The notes under the pieces were generated by a model that was not told the origin of the DNA, searched no databases, and saw only the letters and a list, made by a program, of their open reading frames with translations. The translations under genes and the position numbers were made by a program. Shown one piece after another: positions 41,202 to 50,836 of a DNA stretch of 64,000 nucleotides; position 1 is the stretch's first letter; each line of letters opens with the position of its first letter. This stretch comes from Nitrosopumilus sp. (GTDB lineage Archaea; Thermoproteota; Nitrososphaeria; Nitrososphaerales; Nitrosopumilaceae): contig JAJCXK010000081.1 of the NCBI GenBank assembly GCA_029263475.1, positions 6,698 through 70,697 of the forward strand. The letters run 5' to 3'.

Positions 41202-42461
41202 ATGAGTGAACTAAATTATTCTAAAGAAGAGATCAATCGGGTATGGAATGATCTGCGTTCAGCTGAAAAGGAATTGGAAAAGTTTGAAACAAAGGATGCG
41301 GAACCGAAAAAACAACTGATCATTAGAATTCGTGACAAGGTAGACATTCTTGTAAAGGCAAAAAAAATCATGATAAAGGAAAATGAAATAAGCAATTATG
41401 TCTTGAGCAAACTTGAAGAGAAAGGAATCTCATATTCTAAAACGCATTTCTATAATCTATTTGAAGCCAGACAAAAGCGGAACTATTCCAAAGTATCCAA
41501 TGATACTTTCGTTCATAAGCACGAGTTCAATCTACTTGTAGATGATGAGCAATATGGAAAATGGGAAAAATGCTACTGCGGTATAAATCGAATAAACGGA
41601 ATAGATCAGATTGACAAACATGTAGAAGAAAACGATTCTAAAAAAAAACTAGCAATTCGTGAAATTGTAGAACCTACTGGGGATGTGTGGGATTATCTGA
41701 GCCTGAAAAAGGCAGAATTCCTAGAATGCATACGCATGATTGACCAGATAAGGCAAAAATGCACGCTTGACATCACATCAGTAAAAAAGCAGACAACGGA
41801 TCACCCGATTAGAAAGGCTCCTCCGCATGCATATCAAAAATTATTAGACAATACCCAACTTCTCACTGAAAAAAGAATCCAGGTCGTAGTCGATGAATTT
41901 TCTCACGTTGACTCATCAAAGATTGATGAGACAAAGAAATCCATCGCACAAATCATGAACGCATACAAGAAGGTAAACGACAGGACCAAGCTTACAAACT
42001 ATGAAAAGGGAATGGCAAAAATCCTGATTGAAAAGTTTGACTTTCTAATAGGTGACATGGCAGGAATCCTTAACGTCACTACAAAGCATGTAAAAAACAA
42101 TATTCTAAAGCTAAACTCAAAATCTGCAAATGATCAGGACGGCATATTTGAGCAGCTTGATTTCCTGGCACGGTGTCCTGGATGCGGTCTGGGTATTGCG
42201 GATCATGTGGACAAAAAATACGAAGAATTTACTGCAGGCAAATATCTTGTTGTACCAAATCCCCTTAAATTAAAATCAGTAGAACTTATGCAGATGGGTT
42301 CTGAAGATGATTTTAGTCTGGACTCCTTTCCATTGCCAACGTATGCAAAGCAGGTAGTGCAATTAAAACAGGAGATAAGACAACATGAAATCATCGTTGA
42401 AAAAACAAACGGCAAGCTAAGAACTGCTGCAATTACTATACAAAAATTATCTAAGAAATAA
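41202..42461 (+). CDS. Large viral protein with a sigma4/LuxR-like HTH, zinc knuckle and coiled coil; candidate late activator
   Basis: LTNYEKGMAKIL...IGDMAGILNVTTKHVKNNI, RCPGCG; TATA (CATATAAA) upstream. Confidence 0.55.
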   Translation: MSELNYSKEEINRVWNDLRSAEKELEKFETKDAEPKKQLIIRIRDKVDILVKAKKIMIKENEISNYVLSKLEEKGISYSKTHFYNLFEARQKRNYSKVSNDTFVHKHEFNLLVDDEQYGKWEKCYCGINRINGIDQIDKHVEENDSKKKLAIREIVEPTGDVWDYLSLKKAEFLECIRMIDQIRQKCTLDITSVKKQTTDHPIRKAPPHAYQKLLDNTQLLTEKRIQVVVDEFSHVDSSKIDETKKSIAQIMNAYKKVNDRTKLTNYEKGMAKILIEKFDFLIGDMAGILNVTTKHVKNNILKLNSKSANDQDGIFEQLDFLARCPGCGLGIADHVDKKYEEFTAGKYLVVPNPLKLKSVELMQMGSEDDFSLDSFPLPTYAKQVVQLKQEIRQHEIIVEKTNGKLRTAAITIQKLSKK

Positions 42462-42501
42462 TTACTATACCGTACAATAACAAAATCAATTTACAAACTT
42501 G

Positions 42502-42540
42502 GATGTGTCTCTCGGACTCTACGCAACCGGGAGGCACGTC
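42502..42540 (+). other. 14-bp RNA stem-loop (terminator, processing signal or ncRNA)
   Basis: GATGTGTCTCTCGG / CCGGGAGGCACGTC pair fully using three G-U pairs. Confidence 0.55.
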
Positions 42541-42548
42541 TTTGAAAT

Positions 42549-42737
42549 GTGATAATCATGAATGAAAAAATCCAACAAAAAAAGATGGAAACCATCAACG
42601 CAATCAAAGAAGAGCTAGAGAAGATACAGGATGAAAGTTACTGTGTTGAAAAGTTTGAGAAAAAGAAAGAGTTTGAGATTATCCATGCTAGCCTAAACGA
42701 GCTGAAGATGCTTGCAAGAATGAACAGTATGATCTAA
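42549..42737 (+). CDS. Viral hypothetical protein
   Basis: ORF track. Confidence 0.6.
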   Translation: MIIMNEKIQQKKMETINAIKEELEKIQDESYCVEKFEKKKEFEIIHASLNELKMLARMNSMI

Positions 42738-42772
42738 TCATTCTCTTATCTCAATTATTGAAACTAACTGAC

Positions 42773-42868
42773 ATGCAGATATCTCGTGGAGTCTGGGGTT
42801 GCGGACAGTGTAATTTCAAGGGTACTAAGAAAGAACTCAAAGAGCACCGGGATACTCATAGAATCTGA
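42773..42868 (+). CDS. 31-aa C2H2-like microprotein
   Basis: WGCGQCNFKGTKKELKEHRDTH. Confidence 0.6.
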   Translation: MQISRGVWGCGQCNFKGTKKELKEHRDTHRI

Positions 42869-42895
42869 TAAATCCTAGTAATCCCATACTATCTC

Positions 42896-43084
42896 ATGAA
42901 AAAATGTCCCAATTGTGGGGGTGAATTTACTTCCGTAACTCCAGAACAGCTGGTAAAATATCTCCAAAAAATCAATCCGAAAATGGCCAGAGCGTTGGAA
43001 ATGGACAAGATGGCAACGATAGACCAATCCCTGTTTTGCGAAGGGTGTGGGAATTTTAACCTGTCACACGTTCATTCAAAATGA
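42896..43084 (+). CDS. Zinc-ribbon protein
   Basis: CPNCG...CEGCG. Confidence 0.75.
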   Translation: MKKCPNCGGEFTSVTPEQLVKYLQKINPKMARALEMDKMATIDQSLFCEGCGNFNLSHVHSK

Positions 43085-43225
43085 CTTCCCTTGGAGAAAT
43101 CATATCCTTGACGTGATAATTTCCAGATGGCAAGAATTCACGGGTAAGAAGGCAAAAAATTAGATTTATGAAATGATTTCAATCCCGAATAGATCAATTT
43201 AATATAATTTACAGTTGTTGTAATT

Positions 43226-43774
43226 TTGTTGGATATCCGTGAACCTCTTCCTGCTTGGATTTTGGCAAGATTGTTTGATGAAGAACACCCATTGCCTCGC
43301 AAGAGTCTGCTCAAAACTCTATGCCAAGCTTCTTTTGATTCTATGACTGGAGATAATGATTTTGCTGATGTAATGAAGGAACTAGAAAAAGAACATTACA
43401 TAAAATTTAAGAAAGAAACATATGAAGATTTTAAACCTGTTGCAGTAAATTATGGTCCTCCTGATGAGCCCCCGGAGGAATCATCCACTAGATTTGAAAA
43501 AATTATGAGAACAAGGGAAGGGTATGTAATTGAAGAACCTGGAATAAACGCATTTAGACGTCAAATCGTAACAACTATCAAAGAAATCAAACCACATGTT
43601 GACAAGCTTTCTACAATTGATGGAAAATTTGGAAAAATAATCAATTCAGTACGATCTACTGTTGATTTAACGAAAACTGTGACAAAATTATGTATTGAAA
43701 ATACGCCCTTGCTTGTAGATTTTATCAAATCTGCAATGTCCCTTCTCTATAAAGTTGACATTTTTATTCACTAA
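43226..43774 (+). CDS. AT-rich accessory gene, winged-helix-like
   Basis: MKELEKEHYIK...GYVIEEPG; own TATA (TTTAATATAA). Confidence 0.6.
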   Translation: MLDIREPLPAWILARLFDEEHPLPRKSLLKTLCQASFDSMTGDNDFADVMKELEKEHYIKFKKETYEDFKPVAVNYGPPDEPPEESSTRFEKIMRTREGYVIEEPGINAFRRQIVTTIKEIKPHVDKLSTIDGKFGKIINSVRSTVDLTKTVTKLCIENTPLLVDFIKSAMSLLYKVDIFIH

Positions 43775-43855
43775 ACTTTACAAAATCTTCACATACAAGA
43801 AAACAATGAAATTATCATAGTGGGATTTTTAATCATCAATTAAAGAATAGAATGC

Positions 43856-44089
43856 ATGGGTAGTTTTGGTAGTGGTTTTGGTGGAGGATTTGACACAGGA
43901 TATAAAAAAGCAAAGAAACTCATTGATGAAAACAAGCCTGTTCCTCCAGAGATTGCAAAACAATTATTGGATAAAATGGATGCACTTGAAACTCAGGTAA
44001 AAATGCAGGGAAGTAAAGACAAAATATATTTCATTGTGGGGATAATTGGTTCTGCCGTAATGGGATATCTTTTGGGTAAATTTCTATAA
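43856..44089 (+). CDS. Small C-terminally anchored membrane protein
   Basis: IYFIVGIIGSAVMGYLLGKFL TM segment; own TATA. Confidence 0.7.
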   Translation: MGSFGSGFGGGFDTGYKKAKKLIDENKPVPPEIAKQLLDKMDALETQVKMQGSKDKIYFIVGIIGSAVMGYLLGKFL

Positions 44090-44139
44090 AATACTTCCAA
44101 ATATTTCTCATAACTCAAGCTAAACCACTAAAACCAGTC

Positions 44140-44736
44140 ATGAAAAGCTCGAGTAACTCAAGCTTGGAAAAAAGACAATCAGCTCCTGAAGACATAGAGT
44201 ATAGGCAATCAATTCTAACTCAAATTATAGAGGAGGCCAAACTGAGAAATGAAATCATCAATGAGAACTATCTGCTTTACAAGATGAGTCTGAAGGGAGT
44301 CGATAACTACACTCGCTCCAAGCTTTACCAAGACCGCTTAACATTAGACTCTAACAACAATTACATCAGAAACTTTCTTCCTCGCTACTCCAAATATCAG
44401 GAGGACATCAATGCAGAACTCGATTCAATCCGAGATGAAGCCATAGCACTCTCCAGGGAAACAATCACCATACAGAAAATCCAAAAGAAGGAAACTAAGG
44501 ATGGCACATACACCACTAAAACTATTGAAACTGGAAGTCCTCGATTAAAGGCCGAATTGCTAAAGATTCGTGCAAAGGTTGCGGAGCTAAAGCAAAAGCA
44601 CAGCGAGGGACAGAACATCAACATATCCGCAGTAATCGTTCAGAGGGAACTATCCGACAAGAAGGAAGAGATAAAAAAACTAAGACAAAATTCCGGCATC
44701 ATCAAGACCACACCTGCAGCAGTTGATGATTCTTGA
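44140..44736 (+). CDS. Putative terminase small subunit
   Basis: Position overlapping terL; helical protein with a beta-hairpin insert. Confidence 0.55.
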   Translation: MKSSSNSSLEKRQSAPEDIEYRQSILTQIIEEAKLRNEIINENYLLYKMSLKGVDNYTRSKLYQDRLTLDSNNNYIRNFLPRYSKYQEDINAELDSIRDEAIALSRETITIQKIQKKETKDGTYTTKTIETGSPRLKAELLKIRAKVAELKQKHSEGQNINISAVIVQRELSDKKEEIKKLRQNSGIIKTTPAAVDDS

Positions 44737-46544
44737 GAAGAAAAAGCAATTCCATGATTGACATTGACGGGAAGGTAATCCAATGGGATGACAACGCCTT
44801 GTCCCTTCTTGCAAAGAAATGCGATTCGTACTCTGAATACTTTTCCAGGAATGAGGCGAGGCTTTTGCCTGATGTCCCGATTCCCATCCTGGAGTGGAAC
44901 TATGCATGCAGGCCAGTAATCAAGGGAGAGAAAAACAGAATCAAGTATCTGCCCATGGTAGTCAAGGTCTTACAGGATCAGCATCCATGGATTCAACTAC
45001 TCTGGGCCAGACAGTGGGGAAAGACGACTCTCTTTGCAACCATTCTGGCTCATGCTGCATCCACTAACTATGACTATGACCAGACGTACGTCAACTTTGA
45101 GCTTGAAGCCCTCAAGACATTCTCAGATAATAAATTCAGAAAGGACGTATTCGAGCATTATCCATTATCAGAATACATCGAGGGAATCTCAAGGTACGGC
45201 TCCATGTCCAAGGTCACGCTAAAGACTCGCTCCACAATCGACATGGTTACAGCTCTTAACGGCTGGAAGCATCTTCAGGGAAAGTCAAACAAGAAGATGG
45301 TAGTAGACGAGGGCAACGACATCAACTGGGTAGGATTCCGTAATGCCCTGGAGACTCAGGCTGATACTATGGGTGATCTGTTAATTGGCGGAGTCGGAGG
45401 ATTCGTTGATACGTTATACCACAAGCAGTGGCTTTCCACAAACCAGATGGAATACGATTTCAGAAGAGGCGAGCCATTTATGGGATATGACAACAACTCC
45501 TGGAGGGCAGACCTGGAATTTGATCAGAACGGTCTGGTGTATGGCGATTACATGCTGGATGTCCTTGATGGGGATTGGATTCCTAAAGCTCCAAAGCATG
45601 TGGGAAAACATGGATATCATTTATCCCAACTGTCAAACCCTAGAATTCCAGTAACCAAACTGTCTGCAGTAAATGACTACAAGGTCTCAGCAGAATTTTC
45701 CATTGAAGCCAAGCTTGAGGATGTAAACTCTACGATTAATGATTTGAGAAGAAATCTCTTTGCGGAATTTGTCGAAGGTGATCTGAAACCAATCACCACT
45801 CCGATGATGATGGCACTATACGACAAGACCCAGTCCCTTACTCGTTCCGCAGATGTTGATCATGAGAATGGTGATGTGTACATTGGAATCGACTGGGGTG
45901 GCGGAGGAAAGACAATCGTCTGGATCTGGCAATGCATAGATGACAAGGCTCCAATCTTCAAGCTTCTTTGGGTTGAGAGAATAGAAACATCTGATGTTGA
46001 GAAACAAAAGGATTTCTGCATTAATTTGATAGATGCATACGAGCCAAAGAAGATAGTAGTGGATGCGGGAGGGGGAACCAGACAGGTTCAGGCCTTGCAG
46101 CAACGTTACGCATCCAAAGTAATTAGAAACTCGTATCATCCCAGACCCGAACAGGCTTTGCCTACAAGGGACGAGCTGGTCAAGCAGCTAAGGGAACTCC
46201 GCTACGTCATTGACAGAACATTTGCAATTGACAGAATAATTGATCTAATTAAATATCCCTTCAAGGAGGCCAATTTCACCAGTCCGAGAATAATCCTGCC
46301 TGGAATGGATTACGAGAAGGTGAAATGGATCAATGATCAGTTTACCGCAGTAGAAGGAGAAAAGGCCAAACTGAAATCAACTGGCCAGACCTACATTCGC
46401 TATTTCCATGAAGATTCCGAACCTGATGATGCATTGCATTCCTGCGTGTATGCCATGATTGCTTGGGATATTGGAAGAAATGAAGGTGACAGAAGAATCA
46501 TTGACGTTGATACTGAGTCAGGATATGGAGACGGTTTGTTTTAG
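44733..46544 (+). CDS. Terminase large subunit
   Basis: Walker A ARQWGKTT, Walker B VVDE, nuclease YIGIDWG, VVDAG, PDDALHS. Confidence 0.9.
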   Translation: MRRKSNSMIDIDGKVIQWDDNALSLLAKKCDSYSEYFSRNEARLLPDVPIPILEWNYACRPVIKGEKNRIKYLPMVVKVLQDQHPWIQLLWARQWGKTTLFATILAHAASTNYDYDQTYVNFELEALKTFSDNKFRKDVFEHYPLSEYIEGISRYGSMSKVTLKTRSTIDMVTALNGWKHLQGKSNKKMVVDEGNDINWVGFRNALETQADTMGDLLIGGVGGFVDTLYHKQWLSTNQMEYDFRRGEPFMGYDNNSWRADLEFDQNGLVYGDYMLDVLDGDWIPKAPKHVGKHGYHLSQLSNPRIPVTKLSAVNDYKVSAEFSIEAKLEDVNSTINDLRRNLFAEFVEGDLKPITTPMMMALYDKTQSLTRSADVDHENGDVYIGIDWGGGGKTIVWIWQCIDDKAPIFKLLWVERIETSDVEKQKDFCINLIDAYEPKKIVVDAGGGTRQVQALQQRYASKVIRNSYHPRPEQALPTRDELVKQLRELRYVIDRTFAIDRIIDLIKYPFKEANFTSPRIILPGMDYEKVKWINDQFTAVEGEKAKLKSTGQTYIRYFHEDSEPDDALHSCVYAMIAWDIGRNEGDRRIIDVDTESGYGDGLF

Positions 46545-46584
46545 ATAATGAAAAATATATCTAGCAACAATTTTGACCTAAGAT

Positions 46585-47076
46585 ATGGATGCTAGATTCT
46601 TCAAATTTAGTTATTTTCAGCAATGGGCATTATTAAAACTGAATCAGGGCCTTTCATCAGAAACTATTTTGATAAACAATTCATGCCTTAAATCATATCA
46701 AATTGGTTTTACTATCCAAAATGCTAAGGATGAGTTAAAAGAATTAGAAAAATTGAATTTAATAACTAAATTTGATGTCTATGGTCCGCCTCAGAGAGTA
46801 GAAAATCGATTCTATACTCTATCTGATGATGGTAAATTGCTTTTACAGTCTGTATATTCAAGAATTAATGAAATTACGGATACTTTAAACTGTCAGGCAC
46901 ATCTCAAACAAAATCTAAATGAATTAGAATATGAAACATATTATAAAGAATTTAAATCTAAAGATCCTTTGTATAGAGAAAAATTTGACGATCTATTTAC
47001 AGAAGAGAATGTTGCCTTGTCAGTTAAGATCTTGAAAATGTTTGCTAATGCTGAAAGTAACTCCATTGGAATATGA
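46585..47076 (+). CDS. AT-rich moron between terL and portal, winged-helix-like
   Basis: LKELEKLNLI...FYTLSDDGK; low GC; own TATA. Confidence 0.65.
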   Translation: MDARFFKFSYFQQWALLKLNQGLSSETILINNSCLKSYQIGFTIQNAKDELKELEKLNLITKFDVYGPPQRVENRFYTLSDDGKLLLQSVYSRINEITDTLNCQAHLKQNLNELEYETYYKEFKSKDPLYREKFDDLFTEENVALSVKILKMFANAESNSIGI

Positions 47077-47114
47077 TAATACTTCCTTTTTCTCCATCTC
47101 TAACCTAAACCATT

Positions 47115-48563
47115 GTGGTAAGAAGCAAATCAAAAAACGGCAAGAACCTCATCGGAGCTCGTGGCATGGCTCGAAGAATCCTGGACTTTGAAAACCCTGC
47201 CGTCTCAGCTTATGACAATTACGTTCCGCAATTTCTATTTGATTCAATTCCGGTAAAGGGACTCAAACGTCCTCATTCACTATCCGCATCAAAGAAGGCA
47301 TTGTGGCCCATCTGGCGTGCATTCTTCAACATGAATCAGGGGCTGGACAACATGATTTTACAGGATGCGTACATCAGTACCATTTCAGGACGATGCGTTG
47401 ATTTTCTCTCCTGGCTTGCAGTTGCCAAGGGCTCAAAGCCTGTTCTTGAACTGAGGGATCCTTCTGGAAACAAGCAAGAAGACCTCAAGCAGATTGAATC
47501 AGACCAGAAAATCATTCAGGAAATGATCAAGATAGATAATTCAGTCGGTGATCCTGATGATGAGACTGAGGAATACGAGCACACCCTCATAGAAAAACAG
47601 CGTGGAATGTTCACAAACGCCCTCGTATATGGAAAGGCCACAAATATCCGAATCGTAGAGGGAAACAAGTACAATCTCGTACCGTTGCACTCTCGGGACA
47701 TCGTCTACAACATTGTAAACGAAAAGTGGAAGCTTGAGGCATTGCACACCACTCTATCAAATGAGCCGTACACCATGAACAATCTAATTTATGCGGAATA
47801 CAATCCCGAGAATCCCGTCTACAACACTCTGTACAACGGTTTTCCATTCTCTGTACGGGCCTTGGATTCATCCAGAACATTAAGGCGACTCAAGGGAAAG
47901 GACTTTCAGCTAATAGCAAAGAAGCACTGGACTGGTTCCTCTCTAATTGCAATGACAAGAAGAGATGGTAAATCCGATGCAGAAGCACTCATGAAGAAAC
48001 TTAACGCAGGAGAGATTTATGCATCCGAAGAAACTGATCCGGAAAAGGCATACAAGATACATGACATTCCGCTAAAGACTGATTCCAGAGATTTGATAGA
48101 GATGGCAAAATACTGTACAAACGATGTAATCTCAACATATGGCATTCCTACATCTTTGTTCTTTGATGAATCAGCAGCGAACATGGCAACTCTCTTGGGC
48201 AAGCTAAGATTCTTCCAGAAGGTTATAGAAAACGAATGGCGTTCATGGTTTGCACCAATCTGGGGAAAGCAATGGTATCAGAGAAATTTCAAGACCCATT
48301 ATGCAAATGATGACAAGGAATTTCTTTCTCGTTACCGTATCAAGTGCGAATTTGAGGACATTGACTTTGAATCAGACGAGGACAAGATGAAGGCCATCTT
48401 ATTGCTAAACAAGATTGCACCATTGAATATCGAGGCAATCGGTGAAAGGCTTGGCGATGATAACTTTGCATCAAAGATTGATCCTGAAAAGCAGGCAGTC
48501 CAGGACGAATCATTTTCAGTTACCGATGAGACTGGCAAAGTAAGCACGATTGACAAGGTTTGA
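47115..48563 (+). CDS. Portal protein
   Basis: Position; LVYGKA, YNGFP, I.STYGIP.SLF...AN.AT. Confidence 0.85.
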   Translation: MVRSKSKNGKNLIGARGMARRILDFENPAVSAYDNYVPQFLFDSIPVKGLKRPHSLSASKKALWPIWRAFFNMNQGLDNMILQDAYISTISGRCVDFLSWLAVAKGSKPVLELRDPSGNKQEDLKQIESDQKIIQEMIKIDNSVGDPDDETEEYEHTLIEKQRGMFTNALVYGKATNIRIVEGNKYNLVPLHSRDIVYNIVNEKWKLEALHTTLSNEPYTMNNLIYAEYNPENPVYNTLYNGFPFSVRALDSSRTLRRLKGKDFQLIAKKHWTGSSLIAMTRRDGKSDAEALMKKLNAGEIYASEETDPEKAYKIHDIPLKTDSRDLIEMAKYCTNDVISTYGIPTSLFFDESAANMATLLGKLRFFQKVIENEWRSWFAPIWGKQWYQRNFKTHYANDDKEFLSRYRIKCEFEDIDFESDEDKMKAILLLNKIAPLNIEAIGERLGDDNFASKIDPEKQAVQDESFSVTDETGKVSTIDKV

Positions 48564-48880
48564 ACAGTCTAAGAGCATCGCTGATATTTCTTGCAGTGAG
48601 AAGTCATAATCGAAAGCCTAAGAGTTTCTCTTTTGATGATGAGACAATCTTCATGTCTTTGGCAGGCTCAAATGATTCAAGGGAAGTGGACTTTGATTTG
48701 CCCAGCTCCTTTGTCGGAAAGGTTACCTGGTTTGAGGACCTTACTATGACCATCATCCTGAACGGGAAGACGTACAACTATTGCGGTGTTCCAAGGCGAA
48801 TCTTTGAGGGGTTTAGGTCTGCATCATCCAAGGGTGCGTTCTTTAACAGAATAATCAAGGGAATCTTTGACTGCGGATGA
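48560..48880 (+). CDS. KTSC-domain protein
   Basis: NGKTYNYCGVP..IFEGF..ASSKGAFFN..IKG. Confidence 0.85.
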   Translation: MNSLRASLIFLAVRSHNRKPKSFSFDDETIFMSLAGSNDSREVDFDLPSSFVGKVTWFEDLTMTIILNGKTYNYCGVPRRIFEGFRSASSKGAFFNRIIKGIFDCG

Positions 48881-48924
48881 TTGCAATTATACTTCTCTAA
48901 TCTCTCCAAGCAGAATTCACTCTA

Positions 48925-49617
48925 ATGATATATGATCAAGTAAGGCCAAACACTTCGGGCTGGAATCAGGTTATCTCAGAGTTTGAAAGGAATGTGAAAA
49001 TATTTCTGCTTCTCCAGGAATCCCCTGATGAATCCGTTAGAACTATGGCCAAGGAAAATGCTAGTCTGATGCAGCAGGCATTTCACAACATGCACTGTAC
49101 AGTTGACGGAGCGGTTTGCAAATGTGATTCTGTGGAAGTACTAACCAAGAAAAGACCGATGAATTCTCCTGAACAAATCAGGGAATGGAATGATGGGATT
49201 GCTCTTGTTGAAAAGCAAATCCGTGACAAGGACGAATTAACCAACAAGCAAAAGTTGGATCTTGTACAGCAGCTACATGACATTCAAATCGGAGACAAGG
49301 AGGGAATTGAAATTCTTAACACCAATGCAAAAAAACTGGTTTCAGAAAATCTAAAAACTCTGGAAGATGAGAGGATGAAGACTGTTGAGACAAACAAGAA
49401 AATACTGCTTCAAAGAATATCTGAAAGCGATCTTGAGAAAAAGACAAAGGATGATCTCACAAAGCAAACAAATTCCGTAAAGACATCTGAGAAAAACTCA
49501 CAGGATGATTTGACATCAATCAACGATACACTCCAGGACAAAATCAAAGAACTTTCAGAAAACCAACCTATAGAATCAGAGACTTCAAACCCAGACAATC
49601 CAAACAAAGAAGCATAA
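48925..49617 (+). CDS. Coiled-coil head-region protein
   Basis: ORF track; late motif at -35. Confidence 0.7.
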   Translation: MIYDQVRPNTSGWNQVISEFERNVKIFLLLQESPDESVRTMAKENASLMQQAFHNMHCTVDGAVCKCDSVEVLTKKRPMNSPEQIREWNDGIALVEKQIRDKDELTNKQKLDLVQQLHDIQIGDKEGIEILNTNAKKLVSENLKTLEDERMKTVETNKKILLQRISESDLEKKTKDDLTKQTNSVKTSEKNSQDDLTSINDTLQDKIKELSENQPIESETSNPDNPNKEA

Positions 49618-49652
49618 TACTTCCTTTTTCTTTATTTTTCTAAATTCACAGC

Positions 49653-50834
49653 ATGTGTGATCAGTGCGGTCCTGCCTGGAATAGGATGATTTCAGCCTCA
49701 AAGCTGGAGATTCTAAACGAGTTCAAGGGCATTGCAGGAAACTACATCAAGACTTTCCTGATAAACTCTGATACCAATTTCAACGGCTGGATGGCAACAA
49801 AATTGGCCAACTCCAAAAACGCCAAGGACTTTCTTGGACTGCCCTTAATTCTCTGGTGGAACAAGGAACGAAAAGTATGGGATCATCCCGAATACAACTC
49901 CAAGGAAGAGGCTTTGGAAAAACAGGAGGAGTTCAGAGTCGGCACGATTATGGAAGTGGGATTTGATGAACGTACTGGAAACTGGTGGATGATTGCACTA
50001 ATCCACGACGATGACGTATGGAAGAAAATTCAATCTGGAGAACTAAAGTATACGTCGCCATCCGTATGGCCCAAGAAAATTGTAGAGGGAATGTCAAACC
50101 CATTAATCACGACAGACTATTACGCAATACACAACGCAATAGTTTCTGAACCTGCATTCGGAATTGGTGTTGCAAACGTAAAGGGATTCTGCGAAGGTGA
50201 TGAGAAAAAATGTCTTGCAGAGCTTGGACCTATGGTTGCAAGCATTGACAATTCCATTGATCACGTAAGGGTCATGCCGTTTCTAAAAAAGCAAAATAGT
50301 TCTCAAATAACTAAACATGGCTCTTCTGAATTGAACATGGAAGATTCCGAAAAAGAAAAACTCGAAAAACAAATCACTGCACTAAAGGCAGAGATTGCAG
50401 AAGAAAAAAAGAAACAAACATCTGCAAATAATGAAACTGAAACTGAAACTAAACTTAAAGAAGCCCAAAAAGGTAATGCCGAAACTGAGGAAAAGAAAAA
50501 GCAAGAATCTGCAAACGAGGAAACCGAAGAGCAGAAAAAAGACAAGCAGCAATCTGCAGCGGTAATTGATCTTGCAAGAAAAACAATTCATGATAAAATT
50601 TTATCTGCATCAAAAGCCAGCGGTGCAAATGATTCAACTCTGAAAGAACAGGAAGCCTACATGCTAAAGGCCTCACTTACCGAATTGCAAAACTATGAGA
50701 CTATGATATCACCATTCATACAAACACCAGTGATTCCACAAGAATCCGGTCTATGGCCCAACATTGATTCTATTGGCTCACTTGATGCCTCAGTGGATGA
50801 CCTCTCAGACAACGAGCTCTTGGAGAGAATCTAG
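49653..50834 (+). CDS. Prohead maturation protease fused to a scaffold domain
   Basis: N.NGW, DHP, W.KI.SGEL..TSP, H.AIV.EPAF; charged C-terminal region; upstream of MCP. Confidence 0.8.
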   Translation: MCDQCGPAWNRMISASKLEILNEFKGIAGNYIKTFLINSDTNFNGWMATKLANSKNAKDFLGLPLILWWNKERKVWDHPEYNSKEEALEKQEEFRVGTIMEVGFDERTGNWWMIALIHDDDVWKKIQSGELKYTSPSVWPKKIVEGMSNPLITTDYYAIHNAIVSEPAFGIGVANVKGFCEGDEKKCLAELGPMVASIDNSIDHVRVMPFLKKQNSSQITKHGSSELNMEDSEKEKLEKQITALKAEIAEEKKKQTSANNETETETKLKEAQKGNAETEEKKKQESANEETEEQKKDKQQSAAVIDLARKTIHDKILSASKASGANDSTLKEQEAYMLKASLTELQNYETMISPFIQTPVIPQESGLWPNIDSIGSLDASVDDLSDNELLERI

Positions 50835-50836
50835 AT

